This document shows, in pieces, positions 40,638-52,828 of a DNA stretch of 64,000 nt. The notes beneath the pieces were generated by a model. The model was not told the origin of the DNA. It did not search any database and saw nothing but the letters and a program-made list of their open reading frames with translations. Position numbers and translations under genes: made by a program. The DNA comes from Kudoa neothunni. Lineage: Eukaryota > Animalia > Cnidaria. Every line of letters begins with the position of its first letter. Positions within the stretch are counted from its first letter, which is position 1. Location of the stretch: contig OZ199838.1 of assembly GCA_964304625.1 (NCBI GenBank), forward strand, positions 6,053,944 through 6,117,943. Reading direction: 5' to 3'.

Positions 40638-42395
40638 CAGAGGTGGCCAAACCGTGGTTCTTGAAAAAATTTTGTCGAGTTGATTTTTTTAATTCAACCA
40701 ACATGTTGATTTAGAATAACACAAAATTAAACTATCTAATCAAATGAAGAAATGAACTCTTTAAAGGTAAACAAATAATATTATCGCTTAGAAAACATAG
40801 TTTTAAAACTACCGCATAGTTTTAATATTTTATATAAACTAGAATTATTTCTAATTTTACCCTTATCTTCTATTATCTACTATATATATAGAGCTGAAGT
40901 GTCCGTATGTGTGTCAGCAAGTACGCACGCGCGTCAATTTTTTAAAATCGTTTCCACACTACCAAATGTTCCCAAAAATGTTTAGAAAAGTAGTGATTTT
41001 GTCGATTCAAAGTTTGTTAAACGGATTACTCGGTTACAACAATTGGATTAACACCTGCTTATGTCATGGTAATGGTCGGTTGAAGTTAACTTTCCTCCTT
41101 TTATGTTCTATCAAATGTAAATTACTCGATGGCACCTGACTTTTTATATGATGTTGGCATGTATATTTTAAAAGTTCTATTTATTGTTTTAAATATGGAC
41201 AAAAATCTATATTTGCATCATTAATAACGAATTGGTAGAGCGTGCTATAATAGGATAGATTAAAACATTATAATGCAAGTGCACGGTCCGTGGATTTCAT
41301 TGAAATCGTTCGCTATGTTGAACTTTCAATGATCAAATTCAATGCAGATAGTTGTATAATCTTCTTTCATCTTATTAAATTAATTATTTATGATGAACTT
41401 GACGCGAGTTGTGGTTGTTTATGGGAGAAAGTGCGTTATGCCCTTGCGGGACCTGGGGATATTAATTTGAGCAATGAAAATTAATTATCGTGTGTTATTG
41501 TCGAGTTATTAAGGGTTTTCTATTTTCATTATCTCTCTAAAATGATCTCAATTTTTACTGTGCCCATCACAGTCGTTAAAAGTATGATACATAAAAAAAG
41601 ATTTATTTAATCTCTCCCCAGAGCTAATCGAAAGAGTCTAATATTTCTCTATTTTTTGACCGTTTTCCTCTTTGATGAAATTTTCTCAACCTCGGGCGAA
41701 TCTGGGCGGTACGCGTTAAAACTTTAAAGATGATTCATAATACCAAATCACCAAGAGAATTGTGGAAATTCGTTCTAGAAACTAAATATTCAAAATGAAA
41801 AGAAATTTTCCTCAATCTTGTTTCTATCTTTGGAACAACTTATTTTTGTGAGTCTATCTATTCAGCGATGAAGTTTGTAAAATAGAGGCATGCGCGGGTC
41901 CCTTCCTCCCTCCTTCGCTCGCAAACAAATAAACACCTGATGGAATTAATTTGTACAGCTCGCTGATAATATGGAAATATAAAAAACTTGTAACATTAGA
42001 AACAATTTCTAGAATAAATTTTTCGAATACATTAAATACTCGTGTTATTATTTTATTCGTAAATATTTTATTATTATTATTATTACGACCCATTTCATAG
42101 AGAAAAAGTTTCCTGGGTCATTAACTACTAATTTACTTATTTGGAAAAACCATAATAAATTATACCCGCAAAAATTATAAGTAAGTTTTCCAGCTATTAA
42201 CTGAATAAGAAAAAGTTAAAAAATCATTTGTTTATAATTCTACAACATTTTGTTTTAATGTTTACAAAAAATTCCCTCAAAATTTAAGTTTAAAATAAGG
42301 AGGAGGTACATAATTGATTTTAATACCCTGTGGCTGTTGAAAATTTTGGTAACCTAAAAATTGGCTCCAGGTCTGGGCAATGCTGACAACCCCTG
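40638..42395. mobile_element. Old hAT-like element
   Basis: Ends CAGAGGTGGCCAAAC / CAGGGGTTGTCAGC; flanks CTATATAT / TTATATAA; pairing of the ends is imperfect. Confidence 0.45.
40876..41717 (+). mobile_element. Probable non-autonomous Helitron nested in the hAT element
   Basis: 5' A|TCTACTATATATATAGAGCTGAAGTGTCCGTATGTGTG; 3' hairpin CTCGGGCGAATCTGGG; terminal CTAG degraded. Confidence 0.5.
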
Positions 42396-42991
42396 TTATA
42401 TAAAATATTGACAATTAAGTATTTTGGAATCCGGGATTAATTTTTGTTCCCTGAAAGTACCCAGTGTCAGAAAAAATAGTTTTAGGTTATACTTTTGGAT
42501 CAATTTTTCAATTATAAAGATCAAAAATATATAATATTTAACTTGACTCAATTAATGTATTTTCTAAGTAAAAAATATCTAAATGAGTGCTGTGGTTTAT
42601 GATTTCCTGTAATAATGATTTAAGTAGAGATTATAACTATTCAAAAATAAGAAGACTCTTATGTTGATGTCGATCTTTTTGTATAATCTTTGATCAATCG
42701 GATACTGTAACGTCAACGAAAAAGTTAAATGTAATCTTATAAATATTTTTTCTGATTGGATTAATTAAATATTCAAAATAATGTTAAAATAACTGAAAGA
42801 TACATTCAACTTAGGTTTAATTTTTACCACCTAAATATTGCCAAATAACGGTAAGTGAAAACCTTTAATCACCAATTTTATTAAAGGTATGAATTGTTTT
42901 TTTAATTCTAAATTTAAAATCTCCGGTAAAATTATATAATTGGAATATATAGGAATTGAGTTTTTCAATTTTTACAAGCTATACAAAATTT

Positions 42992-44350
42992 GGTGTCACC
43001 GGCTTGAATATTTACGGTGACTCAACTATTATTTTACTAGATACAAAAATAATAATAATAATAATAATAAAAGAAAACTTAAACAAAAAACATAAATTCT
43101 ATTAAAACTAGAATTTTTTGCGCAGAGTTTTTTCACAAGACGAAAATTCAACATAAAGATGAGTACTTTCCTGTATCATATAAAATACACCAACATTAAA
43201 AAAACACACGTTCCATTTAAATATACGAAAAATTTTATCTCATATGTTAAGTTTCGTTGCAAACTGTCAAAATTCATTATTATGGCTTGGTTATTTCTGG
43301 TAGGTATGTCACCATTTATTTATAAATTAATTTTACTTTTGGCTGAACGTTGAGATAAGCCCCATAAATCCGAGTTATTATGCGATTAGAGCTACAAACA
43401 CCATATTTCATCAAAAATAACACAATAAAAACACATAAAAAAGTTTGATTTAATTTTTTTAATGAAGACATAAAACCGCTTCGTAAATTTTGTTGGTTTT
43501 TGTTTCTCCATTGAAATTCGCCAAGGAATTCATTGATGCCACCCATGCTTACAGAACCATCATCATTAACAGAAGACGTTCTGTTTCTTGGTGACATTTT
43601 TCATTTGATGGCTCCCCAAGTTCCATCTATGGTATTTGTATGAGCTCCTGTGTCATTATCCACGTATTCGATGCTGTCGTTTACAGTGGGATGAGTGTAG
43701 AAGTTGTTGAGAGTGCCATAACTTTTGAAACAATCAGTTATTATGACAGATCCGGGTTTAACATAAGTTTTAATTTTTTGGATAAAAGTCTCAGCTGACC
43801 TATATGGAACTTCCATTGAAAATATTAAAATCTCTCAGGAGTTCGTTCCACGCCACCAAGAACCCATGCTCCGTTAACACCATGACCTCGGTTATGTTTG
43901 ACCTTACCAAACTTGGACTTGCCAATCTCAACTATCATATTTTATCCGCTAATAATAATATCTTCAAATTCCGAACTATCAGACACCATTTTCCGAAGAT
44001 AATGAGAATAACTACTGATAGTTTGGGAAGAATGGCCAGTGATTGTTGTCAGGTGGACGATTTTTACCCCAACCATCCAATAATAAGCCAATTCCAAGAA
44101 ATTGTGAACTTTAATTTTTATTTCTCGAAAAAAGTTGATTCAAAAATATAAATTCCTCTTCTTCAAGCCTTTGAGGAACGTCGCCAATTTTTTCTATGGA
44201 TCGAAAATCTTGTCCCCTCACTTAATACAATTAGAGTAGTGTTTCCCTACAAATGTTACACTCGTGCCCCCGTGCTAACTTCCGCACTCACTTCACAATC
44301 CCCTCCATGTGAAAGTGAAGGTCCAATTTTACCTATTATTTAAATGCGAA
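42992..44350 (-). mobile_element. Merlin (IS1595/ISXO2-like) transposon relic
   Basis: MIVEIGKSKFGKVKHNRG..WVLGGVER (canonical VEIDESKF; catalytic D lost), VPYRSAET, PGSVIITDCFKSY, HPTVNDS, TGAHTNTIDGTW; frameshifted. Boundaries approximate. Confidence 0.85.
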
Positions 44351-45836
44351 AATAATAATAATACCAGTAAAAGTCTTAAAATTATACTTTTTATCATTTT
44401 AATTGATTTATTAACTTGATAATTTTCCTACTAAATTCTAAATTGCATTAATTAAAATAACAAATTCGTATAGTTCACAAGAAACATTATTACAAAATCA
44501 GTTGTTATTTATTATTTATTTGATCCAGAGGTTCTCTTTATTTCGCTGGGTTTTCATAAATAATTCAAAGCAGGACATTTTGTTGGACTATAAAACATAA
44601 AAACCGTTTTCGGGGTTGAATGAACTCCATTACTTATTATTTGTATATATTGAAGTCGATAAGCTTGTTTCATATGCTATCCTGTGTTGAATAAATCTAG
44701 CGAATTCCTTATTCTATAGAGTCATATGTTAACTTAGATTTATATCAGAGGCAAGGAACAAATTCTAAAGTATAACTTAAAACGTGACATAATAAAAATT
44801 ATACAACTAAATGATGGATCTCAAATTTAGACAGAAGACCCAGTTAAAATTACACAGTGGTCATATTTTTATGGATATTGATTATTTCTAAGTTGATAAA
44901 AATTCTGACAACCTAATTACAGCTTAAGCATATAAATATGTTATTTTGAACGATAACAAAGTTCGATTTTACGTGAAGATAGCGATACTTAGATTTTGTA
45001 AACTGAACAGGTTTAATATAAACTATTATCATACCGTGCCATTTCGTAGAACCAATTAAAGTAAATTATAAATTAAATAAATTATCATATCCCTTTTTTA
45101 ATAGAAACTAATTGATATCAAAACAACCAGAAATATTATCGTACGCATTACATCCTCACATGGTTTAAACGGGGACCAGCGAAAATTACGAAGTGAATAA
45201 ACTAAGATTAATTTTAAATTTATTCTTGAATGATTTCCGCATCCCCAGTAGGGAAACACTGCTGTACTGTGTAATGTTAACATTTATAACGCGATGATAT
45301 TATAGAGGGTGGCATGTCCACATTCGTTTGGTTCTTAATTCCTGAGAAGCCGAAAGATTAGCGATGGATCTAAATCAAATGTGATCCTTACTTTTCTATA
45401 AAAATCTCTATTATTGCTAAATTATAAATCTATAAAATTCATTGTTTATACATGACTGCGTTACACTTAAATTTTGTGCGCATGTATCACAAGATAAAAA
45501 CGAAGTATCCTAGTTCCTATAACTCAAAATTTCGGATGAATCTTATTTATTAAGATACTTTGAAACAAATAAGATAGCTGTGGAACGAATGGAATCAAAT
45601 GGGGTTGAAAATGTCGAATAAGAAAATTTTATTCACACATATACTTGCTCATGAATAATTTGTGAAGTGGCCAAAATTTCATAATTACAATTGTTTCTCT
45701 ACATACAATGCTAGACGTGTTTATAAATTACTAGAAGTGTTAAATGTGATGAAAAATTATAATTATTGTCCACGCCCGATTTATCACGACAACATACGAA
45801 CAACTTGCACTTTGCTAGGCGCTTCATCAAATAAAG

Positions 45837-46645
45837 ATGGATCATAGTGACGAGTTTGAAGACCCGGATAACAACGCTGAAACCAAGATTACTGCCGAAA
45901 CACTTGGTATAGTACCTCAACTCCAGTAATCTATATGTCTATTTTTATCAACCATGTTAATGTGATTAAAGAAACGTCGTAGCTACCATTAACCTAGGAT
46001 GCGCTTTGGATTTAAAAAAAATCACTTTACAAGCTAGAAATGCCGAATATAATCCAAGGGTAAAGATAACTATAATTTTATTCAAGTTGGAGTGTGTTTT
46101 TTGAATCAATGTTTAGAGATTTGCAGCGGTCATTATGCGTATACGTGATCCTAGAACTACGGCTTTAATATTTTCTTCCGGAAAAATGGTATGCATTGGA
46201 TCTAAAAGGTAACCTATATTTGGCTGGTTCGATGTTGGTAATTTTTTTATTCGAATAGCGAAGAATTGGCCAAGCTAGCTTCTAGAAAATATGCGCGAAT
46301 CATTCAAAAATTAGGATTTCCTGTTAGATTTTTAGACTTTAAAATTCAGAATATGGTTGGAAGTGTTGATGTTGGGTTTCCCATACGATTGGAGGGGCTC
46401 GTTTTAGCGCACAGTCAATTTTGCAGGTGATCACACTTTTTTGATGTGTTGGTTTAATCCGATTTATGGACTTTAGTTATGAACCTGAACTATTTCCTGG
46501 CCTGGTATACAGAATGTTGAAACCGAGAGCAGTGATTCTTGTGTTTGTTTCGGGGAAATTGGTACTCACGGGAGCCAAAAATCGTTTCGATATATACGAA
46601 GCTTTTGAAAATATATATCCAATTTTACAAAACTTTAAAAAATAG
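45837..46645 (+). CDS. TBP: TATA-binding protein, 5 exons (upstream exons possible)
   Basis: GIVPQLQ|[17 protein letters not shown]|[47 protein letters not shown]|[33 protein letters not shown]. Confidence 0.97.
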
Positions 46646-47559
46646 TTTTTCATTTGTTTTATATGATATAAATACATATTTATGGTTTATCTGGCTTAAG
46701 TTGTGGATATTGTTACGAGGGGATTTAACCCCCATTTGGTTGTGCGCATGTGCGACTACACTTTTAATTCTTACGACTCCCGTGTATGTATATATATATA
46801 TACAGTTGACATACGGAGTTAATTTTTTAGAGCGATTTGTCCCAACCTTTTTTCTACCGCCCCATACTTACTCTCGAAAAAATGTTCCGTACCCCATCTC
46901 TCCCGAAAGTATTAATTTTTTAACTTAAACTGTTGATAACTTCGGATAATGCTATCAATCACACTAAAGTTTAAAAGCAGTTAATATGCACTTCATTCGT
47001 TAAAATTAACACGTTCGGTTCTTTGCTCCGTTAAAAACAACGTCCAGTGAAATTCGTGGTAATTTAACCGCCATTAGGAAGGACTTTAGTGTATATGGGG
47101 CTAATAAACCTAAAATAAATAATATAAATACAGGATTAATCAATATTATATTAGGTTAAACAAAAGATGGAGATAGATACATGATTCTAAATGAGACTAG
47201 TTTGAGATTAAAACCATTGTGATTCTATTCGGATGATAAAGACATTAAATATTACTATTAATTTGTATATAATTAATCATTCCTTTTCGTATTTTGTACG
47301 ATATTAACCGTCACTTAAAATTACGCAATATCGAAAACCGCGATATTAATTTCAAAGTACGTCATAATGCTCAATTATCTCACCGTTATCCGTGTCACAC
47401 CAATACTCAGGATTTTCCGCGTACCATTAGAGCGGCTCATTAACCCTTCAAAAATTTTCATGCGCCACCAAAATTTATTCAAGCCCGCAGGGAAAATACT
47501 GTTTTAGAGTTTATTTTATTTAATCATTTCTATCTCACCACGTGTCCCTAGGGTTAGAA

Positions 47560-49080
47560 ATAACTAGAGGCTGTAATTTTAGGCGACTATTTACACAAAA
47601 TTGAACATTAATTTCCCATACTAACGCTTGCGCAATGGAAATTTTATTAGCAAACTCAATGTCAACGAAATAAAATTAAATATAATTTTCTATACAATTC
47701 ACTTTAAAATATAATGTTTAAAGCATTGTAATCCGTTAAAACGCTAAATTTGATTTATAACTGTTGTAAAAATGTTTCAGTTTTGAGAAACTTCTTTCCA
47801 CGGCTGTAGGCGATAGCGGTATATGCACCAAATCTTGGCCTACCTTAGACGGTACGAAATACTTTGATTTTTTTATTTTCTAAAATCCAGGACGTATCAT
47901 TTTATCATTTCTATGGAGTGAAAATTCCAACTCTTGTTGTAGAATTTCTCGTTGATCGACATTAACGAATTTTGATGTATTTTTTCGGTCAATCTCCTCA
48001 ATCTTTTAAAGTGGGGTAATTTCGAGATTTTTCATGGATTTAAAAAAAATCCTTCGGTTTGTTGTTTGTTCAAGTTGGATAATTGAGAAATTAACACATC
48101 GACGAAATTTGACATCTTATTCGTAATCTTACTTTTCACCCTTATCCGTAATATAAAGCTTTTGTGGACTGGTTTTTAGATAGCGAAGCGGATAGCTTCA
48201 CGCAGAGTTTCTTAGTGTTTAAACATTTTACATCCACAGCCTTCCATATTGCACTGCAGATTAAATGCGAAACACATGACATCCTTATGATATGATTATG
48301 AAGTATTTTCATATTTTCATGATATTTCACCATACATGAAGCGGATCCCCAAATTATAATTGATGGTTATACAGCTATGCCAGCATAATTTATTCTTTTG
48401 AAGGGCCTCTAAAAATATTCGGGAAAAAATAACAAATTACATTCACTAAGAATTTTTAAATCAATCATAAATATAGATTTGTCATCGGTTTTTGTATCAT
48501 AAAAACACAAAAGTATGTTAAATAATGATCTATTTTTAAAATCAGAGTTTTGCCTATTATTACGGAACATCATTTATTTCCTAAGATTGATTTAGTGACT
48601 TACATATTTATTTTCTACATTCTCGGCAGATTTTGATCTACCAAAGTTCTACCCTACCATTAGACAATGATTGACTAGCATACTATTATTTTGCCAAACC
48701 ATGGCTATATCTATTATTTCTGTCAGTAAATAATAGTGGAAGTCCATCAAACTCAACAATAAAAACCAGGTTCATTTATAATTCATTATTCTATTGATCT
48801 CGAAAAAATATTGAAGTTTGTGGTTAATTTTCAAAAGGAGCATCTAATGATGGGTGTTTTTTAATAAATATGCGTCATAATTCTATTTTGTGACAGGAAA
48901 TTTGTGCTTACAACATCAGTTAATTAAATTGTTCCCTTCATTTTTAAAATCTGTTGGTTCGGCTATGTAATTTTCAGTTTGTCTTCTTTTTCAGCCACAA
49001 TGAGACGAAAAATAATAAAAAAATTATTCCAGTTTTAATCGAAAAATATAGAAATATTTTAATAAATTCGACGGTTTTCA
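47560..49080 (-). mobile_element. Highly decayed hAT transposase relic
   Basis: Minus-strand ASCMVK and IRMSCVSHLICSAI (cf. DNAANMVKA and CxAHxLNLAV). Boundaries approximate. Confidence 0.45.
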
Positions 49081-49102
49081 GCTCTCATCGTTTGCCATAG
49101 AA

Positions 49103-49738
49103 CAGGAGTCTCAACCGTTTTTCAAATTTACCCCTGGGCTTGGTGAAAAATCCAAATTACCCTCTTGAATTGGAAGCCAAATTCATATTTACTTAAAGAT
49201 TTTATGCTGGGTTAACTATGGCAGAGGCTATTTGAAGGATAAATTCTGACCCAAAAAGGCACGTACGCTTGCATAATGACAATTTTTAATCTCACCAACT
49301 CTTACTCGCAGTCGTCTGTCTACAGATTTAATTTTTTAGATTCTATTAAAATGAATTATTCCTAACCCAATCCTTCGCTATTAGGAGCAGACATAATTAA
49401 AAATAGTCAAAACTAGTGACACCTAAATATTATTTACCATACAAATAGCCACTCGAGTATTATTGTTAATATTAGGTTACATCACTAAACAATAAACGAG
49501 CCATATAAGAAGGAGACCGATTATAGATTTATAAATAGTTGTTAAATGTTTATTTCTAAAAACATTTTAAGCATTTCTGCCAACTTCTTATTGAGTTTAT
49601 TAGTCTAGAATAATATAATTCCTTAGAAATCCTTATGTACGACACAAACCCTAGTATGAAAAAATTGTCCTATCCAATTTTGACGTCGCTCAATTAACCC
49701 CCTGTAATTTAAAATTTACCCCTGGTTGAGAACCCCTG
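49103..49738. mobile_element. Non-autonomous hAT element
   Basis: TIRs CAGGAGTCTCAACC / CAGGGGTTCTCAACC; TSD CCATAGAA / CTATAGAA (7 of 8); repeated AAATTTACCCC motifs. Confidence 0.85.
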
Positions 49739-50237
49739 CTATAGAAGATTACAGCCTATAGACGTAACTAAATATAGTCAAAATTGGTGACACCTGAATA
49801 TCATTTATGTGTCAATAGCCACTTCCATTAATCTTTTTTTCCTTTAAACAACTCCAGAATCACATTACTTGGATCAATGTGTTATTAATTCGTTAAAGTT
49901 CATTTACAAAAGACATTTGATAAGGAGATAAACTTTCACGATTGAAAATTCCATTTATTTCAAACCTTTGAACATTAAAGCTATCTCATTATTGATAAAA
50001 TAATTTAGAAAAACCATATCCAATTATTTTAAAAATACAGAATTTATTTTAGATGTTTTTGATAAAATTCAAAATAATAGGGGTTTTATTGAAGACAAAT
50101 CATTTAGATGCAACAAAAATTGATGAAGATTCATTGTTCAAATCGTATGAAGATATTTTCAAATTTAATCGAATCGATAAATTAAAAAAATTTCATTAGA
50201 TTCTACGAATATGATTTCAGCTACGATAATAAATATA

Positions 50238-51497
50238 CAGTAGTGTATGGACACATTCAAATGTCACATGCGTTAGAGGGGAAATAACAGTTTTCAATCG
50301 ATAATATAATCAATAATAATTTAATTTGAAGCAAAAATTAACTTATAGACCTTTTGTCAATTAAAGTACTGTTCTCTATTTTTTATTCAGAAAAAATTGT
50401 TCAAATATTGAGTCAGATTTTTCAAGTTCGGTTTATATTGTCAAGTATTGAAAAAATTTTATTTAGAAAGAGTTTTCTAACTTTTTCCAAATAATATAGT
50501 TCCTCTTGTTTTGATATAATAACTTTATCAATATAATTAAAGTCGTTATCATCCCTCTCAAGATCAAGAAAATCTGGTGCTGTCAAAGTATCAGAGATGT
50601 CGACTGTGTTGCTTTCAGGAGTTTTTTTCCATGGGATTTGTTAATTCTAATGATTTTCCTCTTCCATCAGCCGAATTATGTCATGTTTAAATTGATCATA
50701 ATCAGGAACATCGTAGGAATCATCATTTAGTGGATTTTCAGAGAGGAAAATTGATTTCCTAAAGCAGTTAACTACAGTTTCCGTTTTAATATATTCTCAT
50801 AATTTGATCGTCAAACGAATAGCATCTAAGAAATTAGTTACAATGTAGCCACAATCTTGAAATTTGATCTGCTGTATAAATGACGTAATTAGATTTCTTT
50901 TGTGCATAGTTTTAAAACTTTAACAACTCCATGATCCAGTGGCTGGAGAACATTGGTTGTGTTCGAAGAAAAGTAGCAGTGTTACAATAGGAAAATATTT
51001 TTTTGGTGAGTTAATAAATAGTCGAGAAATAATAAAAATTTTTCTCTTAGAAATAGTGAGTTTCCCATTCTATTTTTCGAGAAAAGACACAAAAATGGAA
51101 ATGGACATTTAGATCTATTTATTATCGTGCTATTTTTTGGGCAAATTGTTCCATTTCTTGGAACTTGGAATCTTTGTTATATGATACGAAATCGTAAAAC
51201 CTTATAATTTTGAGTTTTTTGGTAATGTGAAGTGGTTTTGTTTCGCAAAAATTGACGCTCCATCCATTATTTTTTGCAAAGTTCAGATTAAGCGCTGTGC
51301 CCGAGCCATTTTTGCGTTAGATCCATACAGTATGTTTTAAACCTTAATATTTTGTTGAAAATCAATCGTTTATTGACAAATGATCTATTTTGTATTGAAC
51401 CATCTATTTAAATTTGAATATAAACAAAATAAACAGTAAACAAATAAATTTTTAAAAATTGCTTGGAGCCATATTGCGTACGGTCCATACATCACTG
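50238..51497 (-). mobile_element. Tigger transposon relic
   Basis: TA|CAGTAGTGTATGGAC ... GTCCATACATCACTG|TA; minus strand SNTTNVLQPLDHGVV and ETVVNCFRK. Confidence 0.88.
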
Positions 51498-52828
51498 TAA
51501 TAATATTCAGATATTATGTAGTATTTATCTAAATATTATTGTGGGGTATAACACGAAGAACCATTTATTTTGAAATACCTCGAATACTTGAAGGTAAAGG
51601 TTATTTTAGAAAACCCGGTTATATTGTAAGAAACATTTATATAAACTTTAGGAATTTTCGTAAATTCATCAAATGTAAAATAAAATCATTATTCGTTTGA
51701 TAGCAAAATATATGAGTAATGCGCATGCGCCAACATGTGATTAACAAAATTATTGGATAATCGGCACTTTTGCTACGATCCCAAGGGAATTAGATATTAC
51801 TCATCGCTCAGTGTAATGGTATTTGTTATCGAGCTTCTTAACCCACTCGATAAATTCGTTTTTAATAAAAAAACATTTAAATAAATTTTTATAAAATGCA
51901 ATTTAATACTTTTAAAATGTAAAAATGTTTGAAATAATAAATAGAAGAATTATTGTGTAATTGGATGTTGTTATTGCTGGCTTATCCAATAATAAAATTA
52001 GTCTTTATTAAGTGAGTAATAAATCACAACTCTATCATACGATTAATATCCAGTAGAAAAATATTCTTTCTCCATTTTCATGGTGCAAATTTGTATTGAA
52101 GAGATATGAAACATCTCGATCATCATTGTGTTTTCTAAATAGATATAATATATGTGTTGGTGGCTACTTGTCAAGGGTCGGTAAATGACATGGAAATGCT
52201 CGACTGAAGCAACTTTCGTATAATAGTTTAAAACTATTTGGGTTTATATTAGATAATGGATTTTAATAGGTGTGACGTAAAAATTTGGTCACAATTCAAT
52301 GGCTTTTCAACACCAAGATTAACACGACAAATCAACCGGCCGTTATAGAATTGTGAAGACATCATGTCCTAGAAGAATTAATCCACAAAATGACTGCCAC
52401 AACGACGTTTTAACAGTTCAGAAAAAGAAGATATCAGTATTAAATTAGTAGAATTCCGAGAGTTTATTTCACTTAGATTAAAATCTTATAGGATATAAGT
52501 AAAATAGGATTAGAAACTGGGTGTCGGAGGTTAATTTTCTACTCGGTTCTCGGATATCTAGTTTTTATCATAGGTATTAAAGCATTTGAATTTGGTATGA
52601 TTTTAGAGTTATTTTATGTAAATTTAATAATTAAACGGTGCGATAGTTGTTATGCGAGTTAGATTAAACTTTGATAAATAAGTGGATACATCTTGTAACT
52701 TATTTTTTATTTGTTTTGTTATGTTCTAAAGTGAATTTAAAAATTAGATAAGAATCACTTTACTTAATTTCAAATTTGGATTATATTATGATTTTTTTAG
52801 TATATTACCAAGTGAAACAACTCGCATA

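Noticed and set aside
43048-43070. (AAT)n and similar short microsatellites (also (TTCA)n near 18718)
   Set aside because: Ordinary for AT-rich DNA.
43601-43940. Bacterial IS1595 insertion or contamination
   Set aside because: Motifs fit eukaryotic Merlin; decayed and embedded among intron-containing genes.
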